Below, one piece after another: positions 37,404 through 47,798 of a stretch of 64,000 nt of DNA. The position numbers were made by a program, and so were the translations under genes. Every line of letters starts with the position of its first letter. Within the stretch, counting starts at the first letter, position 1. Origin of the DNA: a virus; the IMG/VR virus record IMGVR_UViG_3300044825_002033, positions 7,029 through 71,028 of that record. One strand, written 5' to 3'. The notes below the pieces were generated by a model. The model had not been told where the DNA came from, did no database searches, and saw only the letters and a program-made list of their open reading frames with translations.

Positions 37404-39203
37404 TTAATAAAACGAAATCCTATCTTCTAATATATCTTTTTTGATTAAATCTCTTTCTTGTTGAGCAGTTGCTTGTGTTTCTCTATTAGTTTCTCCGACT
37501 TGAAGTTGATTAGTTGATTTTTCTGTTCCTTGTGAAACGTTAGATATTGGTTGACCCTCTGCTTTACCTTCGCTAAGACCTTCCGAAGTATTTTGAGAGT
37601 TACCGACAACATTCCTGTTACCATCAGACGGAGACTTATTGCCTCCTGGAACTGGAGCAGCAACATCACCACCAGGAACTGCAGGTCCAGCAAGATTTAA
37701 CTCATTGTAATCTGGACAAGATTTTTCTTCATCACATTTAAAGAATTCTAAAATTCCAGTTACCATATCAAGAGCATTAAAAACACTTCCTGCAACAGAT
37801 GAAATTGCACTTCCAATTCCTTTAGTAAAAGCAAGAATAGGATTTAATATTGAATCTAAACCTTTTGTAATATCACCAAAAACATTATTTAAAAATCCAG
37901 AAATTAAATCTTCAGTTGCACATAAAGGACCATTGACTGCTTTATCCAAAAGATTTGAAAGCAAATTCTTCATTAATGAGGTAAGACCTCTTCCAATTTT
38001 CTGAAAGATACAGTTGAGTTTTTCTAAACCTTTTTCTACAATTGAACTAAAACTAGGCACTTCTCCCGGAAACAAAAATCCTTGAACTTGTTTTACTCCA
38101 TCTGCAATTTTATTTTGCACATATGACATAATATTTCCCATAATAGAAGTCATGAATGATGAAACAAAATCACTTGCTTTATTAAGCAAATTGTTCACCT
38201 GCCCAATAATAGAATCTGCAAATGAAGTAACTTCTCCAGCAAACTTTTTAATTTTTTCAACTTCATTCAAAAGATTTTTAATGACCCTCTGAATTCCTTT
38301 CATTTCTGAGTTCTTCTTTTTACAAGAACTTATCAGAGGTCTTAATATTTTTTTATCCTCATCTTGCATCAAATAAGATTTTACAGGGTCAAGATGCAAA
38401 GAATCAAAAGTATAAAGTGGAAAGTTAGATGGTCCAGGAACACTGCCTAAATTTAACTTACTAACAGTTCTAAAGTCAGGAAGTTTTGCTATGTTGGGAT
38501 TATTAAAAGTTGAATCGTAAAGTTGATATCCAAGAGTATTTTGCGCTTCTTTTGTTTGTCTTGGTGGAGACAAACTTGGTTGAGATGCTTTTACAGTTGC
38601 TAAAAGAACTTGTCTTTCAATTTCATTCTTAGGAAGTCCTGCTGCTGTTGCTGCTTCTCTAGCAACAGTTGCAGCAGAAAACTCCTGTCTTGTTGGAGTT
38701 CTTGCTGGATTTAAAAGATTTTTAAGTTGAGCTGTAGTTTTATTGTCTAAACTTTGACCATTACCTTCAGCAGATGTTGGATTTGAATTTGGTGATGGAC
38801 CACCTCTTTCCTTAGGTACATTGTTATTTGAGTTTCCAAGAACACCATCAATATATGGTTCTTGTCCACCCATTCCATCCATAAAGAATCCAGTGACAAT
38901 GCATCCTGCAGATAATGATGGAGTTTCACTAAATCCACCCATACCAGAACCCGAAGTAACTGGCAACACAACGTTTGCCATTACCATTTGATCTGGAGGT
39001 ATGACATTCATATCTCCAGTATGCCAACTAAAAATTCTTACTTTATAACGATATCCCCATCCCTTTATGTCAGGAAGTTGATCAAATTTTTGTGCAGCAA
39101 TATTATCTCTCCAAGTTTCGCTAGATTCAATGCGACCAAACCAACGAGGAGGATGTGTTAGGAATTCAGAATCGAAACCTTTTCCAGTTGTTACATCAGA
39201 CAT
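37404..39203 (-). CDS. gp5-like baseplate hub subunit (N-terminal OB-fold domain)
   Basis: WFGRI...RYKVRIFSWH...ANVVLPVT...VTGFFMDG..GQEPYIDGVL typical of T4 gp5 N-termini; no lysozyme motif seen. Confidence 0.75.
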   Translation of the reverse strand: MSDVTTGKGFDSEFLTHPPRWFGRIESSETWRDNIAAQKFDQLPDIKGWGYRYKVRIFSWHTGDMNVIPPDQMVMANVVLPVTSGSGMGGFSETPSLSAGCIVTGFFMDGMGGQEPYIDGVLGNSNNNVPKERGGPSPNSNPTSAEGNGQSLDNKTTAQLKNLLNPARTPTRQEFSAATVAREAATAAGLPKNEIERQVLLATVKASQPSLSPPRQTKEAQNTLGYQLYDSTFNNPNIAKLPDFRTVSKLNLGSVPGPSNFPLYTFDSLHLDPVKSYLMQDEDKKILRPLISSCKKKNSEMKGIQRVIKNLLNEVEKIKKFAGEVTSFADSIIGQVNNLLNKASDFVSSFMTSIMGNIMSYVQNKIADGVKQVQGFLFPGEVPSFSSIVEKGLEKLNCIFQKIGRGLTSLMKNLLSNLLDKAVNGPLCATEDLISGFLNNVFGDITKGLDSILNPILAFTKGIGSAISSVAGSVFNALDMVTGILEFFKCDEEKSCPDYNELNLAGPAVPGGDVAAPVPGGNKSPSDGNRNVVGNSQNTSEGLSEGKAEGQPISNVSQGTEKSTNQLQVGETNRETQATAQQERDLIKKDILEDRISFY

Positions 39204-39205
39204 TA

Positions 39206-39421
39206 TTAATCATCATAAATTCTACACTCTAACGCATTCGGATTTTCATCACAGTACATTTCAAATCCTGTTGGGTCGTGATCTGTGTCTGGATGATTGA
39301 CTTGATATTTCTCTAAAGCATCAAGTTCACCTTCTAAATGACGACGACGCTGACCACTGGTATTTGGATTATCCAGTTCATCACGATCATCATTAATATG
39401 TTGTTGAAGTGTTCTGTCCAT
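39206..39421 (-). CDS. cp12: Phage CP12 (Calvin-cycle inhibitor)
   Basis: C-terminal FEMYCDENPNALECRIYDD (C-x8-C); RRHLEGELDAL segment; probable start MDRTLQQH at 39421. Confidence 0.88.
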   Translation of the reverse strand: MDRTLQQHINDDRDELDNPNTSGQRRRHLEGELDALEKYQVNHPDTDHDPTGFEMYCDENPNALECRIYDD

Positions 39422-39450
39422 ATGAACACACGATTGATTGATATTATTTA

Positions 39451-40794
39451 TCACATCTTTGCAGGTTTTCTACCATAGGAGTCACGAATTAATTCGATGT
39501 TAGTATAAGTTTTATTATGTGAAATAGTGTGACACAATGCAGAGATTAAATATACTCCACTCATTCTTGGATTATAAGATGGATTTGGTTTGTTTGTTAA
39601 TTCTGGAAAGTCGCAATGAATCAAGTCGCCCGCTCTCAAACTAAAATCTCCAGCAATAGTTATTTTAAGCGTAACTGTAAATAACTGATTGTATCTTGCT
39701 GCTGCTCGACTCTGAATCTGCTGTTTATCAATATCGGGTTCTTTGGATTTTTTAAGTTGGTCTTTGAGACTCTTACCTTCAGGAAGAAATCCAATTGCAT
39801 CCATACTCCAATTGAAACGAGATGCAACTGCAGTAAATTCAGGGTTTACAAATTTGAATTCTGTTCCCCCAGTAATCACAACATCTTGTTGAAGATCTAA
39901 GTCTATTGGTTTCTGTGCGTAGAAACTCTCAAAAGCATCAACTCCTTTATTTTCGGATGAATAAGTTCCCATCTGGAGTTTAGATTGAAAATCTCCAGAG
40001 TCTGTTGATTCATAGTTTAAAATTTTTCCATCATATCCAACAGGAATTACTGTGGATGTTGTATTATTGAAGATATATTTTTTAATAGCAATTCGATCAA
40101 AAAGTTTATCCACAGACTTAAACTTATATCCATCAGCATTTTCAAAGAATAAAAATCCTGCGGTCTTTCCAAAAGCATCAGGTATATTTGGAACTGATTT
40201 TTTTGCTAACCAATAGATTGTCCAGAATGGTTTTTTGGTAGTTCCAATAAAGTTGAATTTGTTTTCAGTAACTTCAATATCAAGTTCTTTTTCTGTTTTC
40301 AAATTTTCTTTTAGAATATTTTCAACATGATCTGATATTCTTCCATTATATCTTTTTATAACTCTAGAGTCTGCAAGTTCATTTTGTAAGAATTCTCTTG
40401 ATGCAATATCTAAAGCAAAGACACTTTTTTGAGTATGCTCAGATATTTTTTCAGTTTGGTTTAAACGAAACGCATTTGTTTCAGTAATAAAGGAAAGTTT
40501 GTTTGGGGGATTAAATCCATCTTCAATTTGTAAATATATTTTTTCTCCGTTACCGACTTTCAATGCCTCCGCAAATCCAATAGAAGCACCGGTGCCATCA
40601 TCTGCATTTCCAGATTTTCCAGTATCCACGACCATTGCTCTAATATGAATACTTTCTGATAAAATGTTCTCATAATAATGTAATTCTGCAACACCTTTAT
40701 TCAGGGCAATCGGATCTCCTCCTGAATTTGGAAACAACTCAAAGATAGGTATATTATTATCAGATTTTTTAAGTGATTCTGTTACATCTATCAT
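39451..40794 (-). CDS. Baseplate hub/tail protein (gp27/late control D-like)
   Basis: YYENILS, AGFLFFENADGYKFKSVD, ITIAGDFSLRAGDLI, SGVYLISALCH, ELIRDS. Confidence 0.7.
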   Translation of the reverse strand: MIDVTESLKKSDNNIPIFELFPNSGGDPIALNKGVAELHYYENILSESIHIRAMVVDTGKSGNADDGTGASIGFAEALKVGNGEKIYLQIEDGFNPPNKLSFITETNAFRLNQTEKISEHTQKSVFALDIASREFLQNELADSRVIKRYNGRISDHVENILKENLKTEKELDIEVTENKFNFIGTTKKPFWTIYWLAKKSVPNIPDAFGKTAGFLFFENADGYKFKSVDKLFDRIAIKKYIFNNTTSTVIPVGYDGKILNYESTDSGDFQSKLQMGTYSSENKGVDAFESFYAQKPIDLDLQQDVVITGGTEFKFVNPEFTAVASRFNWSMDAIGFLPEGKSLKDQLKKSKEPDIDKQQIQSRAAARYNQLFTVTLKITIAGDFSLRAGDLIHCDFPELTNKPNPSYNPRMSGVYLISALCHTISHNKTYTNIELIRDSYGRKPAKM

Positions 40795-40798
40795 ACTT

Positions 40799-43700
40799 TT
40801 ATCCGTACATTAGATTGTCGTTCATTTGTTCTCCCATAGTATCTATGGTTGAATAATCATATGATAAAGAAGATTTGGATGTTCCACCCACCATTTCTCC
40901 AGAATCTCCAATAGGAACTGGAACGAAAGCAACTTCAGAGGATCCATATGGCATCTCATAATCAGTGTACATACTCAGAGAACTAATAATTGCTGGCATA
41001 TTTTTTTGTAGTGAAGTTTTATCATAGACATTATAATTAAGAATATCAAGAACACCCGGTGCGACTTTTTCAGTTAATTCGTATGAGTCATTGTCGATTA
41101 CATATTCTTTTCCTCTCTCACCAACTCTTGCAATATGAGGACCGTCTAAAGTTTCTCCACCCTCTTCATAAGCAACGTGAACATGATTTGAGTGATCAGA
41201 TGGTTCATTTTTTCCATGAAGAAGTTGTACTGGTTTAACTCCTTTCATTCTATTAAATTCTGCAATTGCTTTTAGAATAGGACCTTGTTCATGAGTGTAT
41301 GCTCCAATATCAAGTGCTCTACCTTGATAATGAAGAGACCCTTTACTGTGACCCGATGTTAAACTATATGGCGGATGTTCTGGATGGCGATGAATTTGTG
41401 AATATTGTTCTCCTGCTTTTAATTTATTTTTAAGATATCTACCAAGTTCACCTGCAATTTTGCTACCAGCAGAACCATAACCTTTTCCTAAAGTAATATT
41501 TGCATCACCTCCTCCACCCATAACAACAATATCGCCAAGTTGAGGTGCTCTTGCTGGACCTGGATTTTTTGCTCCATAAGCTCTAGCAGCAGGTCCAACA
41601 AACCATCCAAAGAAATTATTAGGAGCATTTTCTTTTCTTCTTACATCTCCAGGTCCAGGTTGATTACTTCCTCCCATGAAATCAGTTCTTCCACCAACAA
41701 ATTTTCTTGCTTCTTCTTGATATTTTGAGTTTTTTAATGCTGCTGCAGTTTTTTGTAAATCTGATTGAGATATTCCAGTTGCAGCAGAAGCTGATGCAAG
41801 ATCCTTAATAGCGTGCCATTCTGGGTTTGGAACACCAGTTTTTCCTCTTCTTGGATATTTCCAAGTTGGTTCAAATTGCCCTTGTCTTAAAACTATTTGT
41901 TTGATAGTTTTTCCGCCATATATTCCAGAAGAAACTCTATTATAAATTGCTTGTGCGACATCAGCAGAACCTTGTGGGTCTGAGTCTTCCATTCTGGCAA
42001 TAGCAACCAATGTCCAGAAGTCAGCATTACCACCAGTCACAGTCATACCAGGACCCACATCAAGACTTGAATCTGTTTTGCCTTTCTCTATATTTTCTTG
42101 AACCATTTCTTCTCTACCAACAGGTCTCAAAGAAAGTTCTTTTGCTAAATCACGAATCGTTTCATCTACTTCTTTTGAAACCGAATCCTCTACAGATTTT
42201 GCAATTATATCAGTGTAGTCTTCTCCTGCAAAAAATTGCTTTATATCTACTTCACCACCACCAGCAAATCCTAAAGTTCCTGACTTGAAAGTAGATTGCA
42301 TCCAAGTATTTAAACCTCTACCTGCATTTTTGTAATCTAATGCATCTGGTTTCTGACCAAGTACGGTTTTAATTGCGAGTGTAAAAAATGGTCCAAAGAA
42401 ATCAGTTCTTCCTAGAACATCATTACTCTTAATTAAAAACTCCTGAGGATTTGCAGACTTTTCTGTCGATTTTTTTGGTTGCTGCTGTTGTTGATTATTA
42501 CCAAACAACCCTCCCAAAAATCCAAATAGTCCGCTTGATTTTTCTGGATTAGGAAATAGTTTTTGTACTTTATCTTCTCCACCAGTACTCGCACCTGGTT
42601 TTATTTTTCTAGGAGTGAATGATATTGATCTTGTTTTTTTCTTTTTCTTTATAGATCTACTTGGAGTTTGTGATGCTCTTCCTCCACCAGCAGCTTTTAT
42701 TCCCTTTTGTTTCTTAGGAGTTACTCCACCACCAAAGAAAGCGTCATATAATGCTCCACCAATAGTATCTCCAATATATCCACCTATTAATCCACCAATA
42801 AAGTTACCTGCAATAGGAACAACAGAACCAGCAGCTACTCCAACAGCACCCAAAAGTCCAGCACCTATTGCCCTGAATGCTGCTCTACCAGGATTTTCTC
42901 CAAGAGCAACAGACAATCCAAAATCAATTAGTGCTCCAATAACTGGAAGAGGAATTCTTTTTAAAAATGGTCTAACAGAAGAAAGTAATGCCTTATTTCC
43001 ACCTTTACCAACAGTTACTTTTGGTCTTTGTCTTAATGGATTTCTTATGTCTGGTCTTCCTAATCCACGACCTCCAGACGTTGTTATCTTTGGTCTTCCA
43101 CCTTGTCCCGGTCTAGGACGTGCGCCTGCTGCTGCACCAGCACCACCACCGCCACCACCTTTTCCAAGTCCACCAGAACCAACGGCTACCATTCCTGCAA
43201 TAATTGCAAGATTTAAAAACTTATTTAAAAGTCCTGATAGTTGATCAAATTGCTTTACTCCACCCTCTCCAAAAAGATTCTTTGCAAATCCTCTTGTTGC
43301 ATCATATGCTTTATATCCCCAATCAATAAAAGTAACTAATCCATTTAAAAGTTTTCCACCTACATCTATAAAGAAATCTGCAACTTTAACAATGACAGGA
43401 AGAACCTTTAAAAGTTGTGGAAGAAATTCAATCAGACGAACTGCAAAGAATCCAAGTATAGTTTGTGTGATAAAATTTTTAATCCAATCTATAAATCCCA
43501 TCTTCGGAAGAGATGGTAATTTAATACCTTTTACTTCTTGTGGTTTTTTACTCTCTAATTCTTTCTCCTTTCCTTCAAACTTTTCTTTTTCTTTGCCTTT
43601 TCTTTTTATTTCTTCTTGTTTCTTAGAGAGTAAAAAAGAATCTTTTAGAAGTTTATCAATAGTAATTACTTTCTTTTCAATTTTAAAAAGTGTACTTCCG

Positions 43701-43810
43701 AATGATTTAAATGATTCTTTTGCTGATTCTTTTCCTACTGGTGGTTTTACTACCAAAGACTTTTGATATTTGATGATAGCAGAATTTGAAGATGGGAGTA
43801 GTTTAGCCAT
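40799..43810 (-). CDS. Tape-measure-like tail protein carrying SleB-like hydrolase and M15-like peptidase domains
   Basis: Coiled-coil and Gly/hydrophobic N-half; LVAIARME...VAQAIYNRV...GQFEP; GHSKGSLHYQGRALDI...HSNHVHV; GERGKEYVI. Confidence 0.65.
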   Translation of the reverse strand: MAKLLPSSNSAIIKYQKSLVVKPPVGKESAKESFKSFGSTLFKIEKKVITIDKLLKDSFLLSKKQEEIKRKGKEKEKFEGKEKELESKKPQEVKGIKLPSLPKMGFIDWIKNFITQTILGFFAVRLIEFLPQLLKVLPVIVKVADFFIDVGGKLLNGLVTFIDWGYKAYDATRGFAKNLFGEGGVKQFDQLSGLLNKFLNLAIIAGMVAVGSGGLGKGGGGGGAGAAAGARPRPGQGGRPKITTSGGRGLGRPDIRNPLRQRPKVTVGKGGNKALLSSVRPFLKRIPLPVIGALIDFGLSVALGENPGRAAFRAIGAGLLGAVGVAAGSVVPIAGNFIGGLIGGYIGDTIGGALYDAFFGGGVTPKKQKGIKAAGGGRASQTPSRSIKKKKKTRSISFTPRKIKPGASTGGEDKVQKLFPNPEKSSGLFGFLGGLFGNNQQQQQPKKSTEKSANPQEFLIKSNDVLGRTDFFGPFFTLAIKTVLGQKPDALDYKNAGRGLNTWMQSTFKSGTLGFAGGGEVDIKQFFAGEDYTDIIAKSVEDSVSKEVDETIRDLAKELSLRPVGREEMVQENIEKGKTDSSLDVGPGMTVTGGNADFWTLVAIARMEDSDPQGSADVAQAIYNRVSSGIYGGKTIKQIVLRQGQFEPTWKYPRRGKTGVPNPEWHAIKDLASASAATGISQSDLQKTAAALKNSKYQEEARKFVGGRTDFMGGSNQPGPGDVRRKENAPNNFFGWFVGPAARAYGAKNPGPARAPQLGDIVVMGGGGDANITLGKGYGSAGSKIAGELGRYLKNKLKAGEQYSQIHRHPEHPPYSLTSGHSKGSLHYQGRALDIGAYTHEQGPILKAIAEFNRMKGVKPVQLLHGKNEPSDHSNHVHVAYEEGGETLDGPHIARVGERGKEYVIDNDSYELTEKVAPGVLDILNYNVYDKTSLQKNMPAIISSLSMYTDYEMPYGSSEVAFVPVPIGDSGEMVGGTSKSSLSYDYSTIDTMGEQMNDNLMYG

Positions 43811-46539
43811 TATTTCTTATTAACCCCCAATGTACTTCTTGCAGTTCTTGTTGAACTTGCGCTATGAGTTGGATTTTGTGTTCTTGGTCTTTGACTGTTA
43901 GAAGGTCTTGCTCCACTTCCTCTTTGCCCGCCGGTATAAGGTGTCGCAGATGGTTTTGGTTTTGGTTTTGGTAATGGTTTAACTGGTTTAACTCCAGCAT
44001 TTTTTGGTCTAGAAAACTTTGATTTGTATGGACCAGATTGTTTTCTTCTTGGATCATTGGTACTATACATTGTAACCGGAGAATTTGATTTCGTTGGTGG
44101 TATTGGTTTTCCTTTATCATCAGTCGGCGTAAAACCACCACCTAAATCAATTCCTTTACCGCCAGGTCTTATATTACCCCATCCAGTATTTTGATTTATT
44201 CTCAATATACCAGAAACTGCTGAGAACAAAGCTGGGCCGACATTACCTTTTTTCAAATTTGATCTGGCATTTTTAAAATAATGAGACGCTGTTTGATTCG
44301 CTTCATACGTGTCATCAGTTGTTGCTTTGCCACTCTTATCCACTTTAAAATTAAATTGACCTAGAGCAAGATTGGCAAGTCTATCTCCCATTAATTTATT
44401 ATAATCCGTTTGACCCAATCCAACAGCACCAACTCCACCTTGTCCTCTTCTCTGTGCTTCCAAAATAGCAGGTTTAACATATCTACCTAGAGATCCACCA
44501 TCATCAACTCTAAATGCTTTTCCAAGTGGACCCATTAATCCTTTTACTGCATATTGAAGACCAGTCAATTTGGCTCCAAAATTTTTAACTCTTCCACCAG
44601 ATGCTTTTTCTACAAATTTTTCAAACCCCTCACTCTTCAATCCCATCATTGCAGTTAAGTCGGGAGTTAATCCTTTATTTTGAACATCCTGAAATGCTTT
44701 TTTGACAAATCCTAAAGGTCCTTTATCTTTTTTTGGATCATAAAGACTTTTTATCCAAGCATCACTTTTATTGAGATTTGCTTGTGCTGTTTTTGTCAAA
44801 GCTGCTCCAGGTTTTAATTCTCCAGACTTTACCAATGCATTTTCACGTTCTGTTCCATATTTTTCGAGAGCTGCTAAAGGAGAATCAACTACACTAAGAA
44901 CTTTATTTTTTGCTCCAGCAAGTATTTTTGAACCTGAAGAAGTAATGTCACTTAATTTTCTTTGACCATAATCAAGTATATTTTTTTGTAAATTAGGATT
45001 ATTAATAGATTTATATACTTGATTTCCAATTTGATTTAAATTCGGTCCAGACATTTTAAAACCAGAACCACTAGACATACCAGAAATTCCTGCTCCAAAA
45101 GATGATCCCCAAGTACTTGGTCTATCTACGTCATATCCAAGTTTAAACTTAATAAAATCTTTTATACTTTTTGTTGGATCATTTTGATTTTTGTTATTAC
45201 CACCAGATCCAATAAGTCCTCCACCATAAGCATAAGTAGTACCGTTAACAATTTGTGGTTTATTAGTTCCACCTCCAGCAGCATTCATTGCTTCGAAGGT
45301 TTCAACTCCATACTTATTAACAGCACCCGCTGACACAACGAATTCACCATCGGTAAGCCATGCAGGAACTTTATCTCTTCCTTTTGGACCTCTTACCAAT
45401 CCATACGTAGATCCACCACCATTAAAACCGTATGATTTGGTTTTACCTGTTTTTAAATATTCTAACTGCTCATCAATCTCAGCACCCTTTCCTTGAAGCC
45501 TTTCAAAGATATTAAGATTTGCTTTTTGCTGTTGTAATTGTTTTATTTTATCTTGAGTACTTCCAGAAGATTGTGAAGTTTTTCTTTCCTGTTCATTTAC
45601 AGTGCCAGGAAACATTGCAGGTATTGTTGCACCAGCAGTAAACAATGCAACCGCTTTTCCTAAAGGAGTGTTTATAAACTTTAAAAGTTTAGGTATGGCA
45701 ACTTTACCTATTTGAAATATAAACCTTCCAACTAATCCAACAGTACCACGAATAAACCTACCAAAAGTGGTTCCAAAAAGAACATATGACCCAAGTATTG
45801 CAGGCCACCAATCTTTAAAAAATCGAATAAGATTTTTTATTTTTCCTTGATTTTGTGGATCAGCAAACCAATCAACTAATTTTATTAATATTCTGCCAAG
45901 AATAATATTCTTAATAAAATTAACTATTTTATCCCAAACAGATTGAAAAGGTTTTGTGATAGTAGATACAACCTTTTTAATTCCGTCAAAGATTTTAGAT
46001 TCAAATTCTTTTTCTTTACCTAACCTTCTCTTACTTTCTGCGTCTTTTCTTTCTCTATCACTTCTTTTTTTATTATCTTTATTGATATCAGTTAAGGTTT
46101 TAATAATAGAATCTAATGTATTATTGATTCTTGATAAAACATCTAAATCATTATCTTTCTTCTTGGAAACTTTTTCTATTTTATTTTTTGTTTCTTTTGG
46201 AACTCCACCAACAGGAGCAAGCATCAATCTTTTTTGTGCTCCTTTAATTTGTTTACGAATTCCACCAAGTCCAAGTCCATTTGCAGTAACTTTAGAACTT
46301 TTTGGAACAATTTTAAATCTTCCTTTCTTTCCTCTTACTCTTTTAAATTCATTTTTTATAAGTTCAACTTCTGCTCCAGAAATTTTTCTACGAGCAGATG
46401 TAACTTCTATTAAAAGTTCTCTTAGATATAAACTATAAATTTGATAATCGAGTTCAGCAACCTCATTAGGTTCTAAAGCTAGTAATCCTAAAATTACCTC
46501 ATCTATATTCTCTTTGGGTAAGTTCGGACTACCAGCCAT
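43810..46539 (-). CDS. Tape-measure-like long tail protein
   Basis: Charged coiled-coil N-terminus, amphipathic segments, DKVPAWLTDGEFVVSAGAV..YG motif; follows gp51. Confidence 0.6.
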   Translation of the reverse strand: MAGSPNLPKENIDEVILGLLALEPNEVAELDYQIYSLYLRELLIEVTSARRKISGAEVELIKNEFKRVRGKKGRFKIVPKSSKVTANGLGLGGIRKQIKGAQKRLMLAPVGGVPKETKNKIEKVSKKKDNDLDVLSRINNTLDSIIKTLTDINKDNKKRSDRERKDAESKRRLGKEKEFESKIFDGIKKVVSTITKPFQSVWDKIVNFIKNIILGRILIKLVDWFADPQNQGKIKNLIRFFKDWWPAILGSYVLFGTTFGRFIRGTVGLVGRFIFQIGKVAIPKLLKFINTPLGKAVALFTAGATIPAMFPGTVNEQERKTSQSSGSTQDKIKQLQQQKANLNIFERLQGKGAEIDEQLEYLKTGKTKSYGFNGGGSTYGLVRGPKGRDKVPAWLTDGEFVVSAGAVNKYGVETFEAMNAAGGGTNKPQIVNGTTYAYGGGLIGSGGNNKNQNDPTKSIKDFIKFKLGYDVDRPSTWGSSFGAGISGMSSGSGFKMSGPNLNQIGNQVYKSINNPNLQKNILDYGQRKLSDITSSGSKILAGAKNKVLSVVDSPLAALEKYGTERENALVKSGELKPGAALTKTAQANLNKSDAWIKSLYDPKKDKGPLGFVKKAFQDVQNKGLTPDLTAMMGLKSEGFEKFVEKASGGRVKNFGAKLTGLQYAVKGLMGPLGKAFRVDDGGSLGRYVKPAILEAQRRGQGGVGAVGLGQTDYNKLMGDRLANLALGQFNFKVDKSGKATTDDTYEANQTASHYFKNARSNLKKGNVGPALFSAVSGILRINQNTGWGNIRPGGKGIDLGGGFTPTDDKGKPIPPTKSNSPVTMYSTNDPRRKQSGPYKSKFSRPKNAGVKPVKPLPKPKPKPSATPYTGGQRGSGARPSNSQRPRTQNPTHSASSTRTARSTLGVNKK

Positions 46540-46714
46540 TTTTACTTTGTTGCTGTTGTTTGTACTCTTCTTCTTCTATATGTTGCTTGAGAAGTTCAAC
46601 ATAAACGTCTCTTTCCCAAGGAATCATATTTTCAATTTCAGTCAATGAATATTTATGATACTGCATTAACGAAAAATTAAGTCTAAAGTAATTTTCAAGG
46701 TCCATATGGACCAT
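46529..46714 (-). CDS. gp51: Baseplate hub assembly catalyst gp51-like
   Basis: NFSLMQYHKYSLTEIENMIPWERDVYV motif; follows gp26. Confidence 0.8.
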   Translation of the reverse strand: MVHMDLENYFRLNFSLMQYHKYSLTEIENMIPWERDVYVELLKQHIEEEEYKQQQQSKNGW

Positions 46715-46716
46715 TA

Positions 46717-47436
46717 TTATGCGAAAAAACTTGATAATCCCTCAAGAACTACTTCACTTTCAACATCAGTAATCGGATTTTTAACAGTAACAGTGTGAGA
46801 TAATTTAGGCATCGTTTCAAAGAACTTTTCAATTTGCTTAAACTGACCTGAATTCATTTGATCTAAAAATTCCATCAATTCCTTTTTAGTTACATCAGAA
46901 GCACTCCAAACCTCGTCTTCATTATAAATTTTATCTACACAAGAAGCAACAAGTTCAAAGGATTGCTCCATTGCATTATTACTAGAAAGATCAAAATTAT
47001 TTTTAATAAACTGATCTAATGATGGATACTTCATTTCCATCATTAAATTATCATCAAGTTTAATTTGTTTGATATGTTCATTGTTTCTTTGAACTCTGAT
47101 ATCATCAACATTAATTTTTATAGGTACAGAAGTTTCTCCGTCATCTGGGCAAATAACATTAACTTCAATTTCTTCTCCTACTGACTTTCCTCTAATATTC
47201 AAAAACAAAAATTCAATATCAAATGTAGGAAGAGATTCTACTTTGATATTTTTAGTTTCTATACAATTTTTAATAACTGTTTTGATTGCATTAGTAATCT
47301 GCTTTGTATCTTCAGACTCTAGTGCAATGACTAAAAGTTTTTCTTCTTTAACTAAAAATGGTCTATATTTTACAGTCTGTCCAGTAGAAGGCAATTCCAA
47401 CTCATAAGTTGGAGTGGCAATTTTTGGTAAAGGCAT
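46717..47436 (-). CDS. gp26: Baseplate hub subunit gp26
   Basis: MPLPKIATPTYELELPSTG..VKYRPFLVKEEK...LNIRGKSVGE...LEGLSSFF; start at 47436 lies downstream of a late promoter. Confidence 0.9.
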   Translation of the reverse strand: MPLPKIATPTYELELPSTGQTVKYRPFLVKEEKLLVIALESEDTKQITNAIKTVIKNCIETKNIKVESLPTFDIEFLFLNIRGKSVGEEIEVNVICPDDGETSVPIKINVDDIRVQRNNEHIKQIKLDDNLMMEMKYPSLDQFIKNNFDLSSNNAMEQSFELVASCVDKIYNEDEVWSASDVTKKELMEFLDQMNSGQFKQIEKFFETMPKLSHTVTVKNPITDVESEVVLEGLSSFFA

Positions 47437-47462
47437 AATCTCCCAAAACAATTCAGGTACTT

Positions 47463-47470
47463 TATTTATA
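47463..47470 (-). promoter_or_regulatory. T4 late promoter TATAAATA for gp26
   Basis: tatttata on + strand ~27 nt upstream of ATG 47436. Confidence 0.75.
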
Positions 47471-47490
47471 GCAATATGCCAGATTGAGAA

Positions 47491-47533
47491 GTGGCACAAG
47501 GTTGTGCCACAGAGGAAAAATTCGTACTATACT
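47491..47533 (+). promoter_or_regulatory. Palindrome GTGGCACAA-GG-TTGTGCCAC plus -10-like TATACT
   Basis: Perfect 9-bp inverted repeat at 47491-47510; TATACT at 47528-47533 upstream of ATG 47556. Confidence 0.5.
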
Positions 47534-47555
47534 GTAAAAGTAATCAATCAAATCA

Positions 47556-47798
47556 ATGAAAAAACTTTTCTTTTCTCTAGTTTTTCTTTACGGTGTTTTG
47601 GGATCTGCATTTGTTGCGAGTGAGACTGTAAGAGATATGGCTCTTCTAGAAAATGCTGTTCGAAACGGATATGAACACGCTGAAATGCGACATAGAATGA
47701 ACGTGGCAGCAGAAGGAAATTGGTTTTTATTGGGTAATCTTATTGCAATTGCAGGAGCTTTTGGTCTCTGCCAAAAAGATGATAAAAAAAATATTTAA
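47556..47798 (+). CDS. Small membrane protein (signal/TM at both ends)
   Basis: MKKLFFSLVFLYGVLGSAFVA... and WFLLGNLIAIAGAFGLC hydrophobic segments. Confidence 0.7.
   Translation: MKKLFFSLVFLYGVLGSAFVASETVRDMALLENAVRNGYEHAEMRHRMNVAAEGNWFLLGNLIAIAGAFGLCQKDDKKNI

Noticed and set aside
42615-46438. Long plus-strand ORFs (42615..43244, 43392..43766, 45956..46438)
   Set aside because: Fully antisense to the large tail genes, with low-complexity Pro/Phe/Ser composition mirroring Gly/Lys/Glu codons
47437-47499. 21-aa N-terminal extension of gp26 in the ORF track
   Set aside because: The late promoter lies inside it, and the conserved start is MPLPK at 47436
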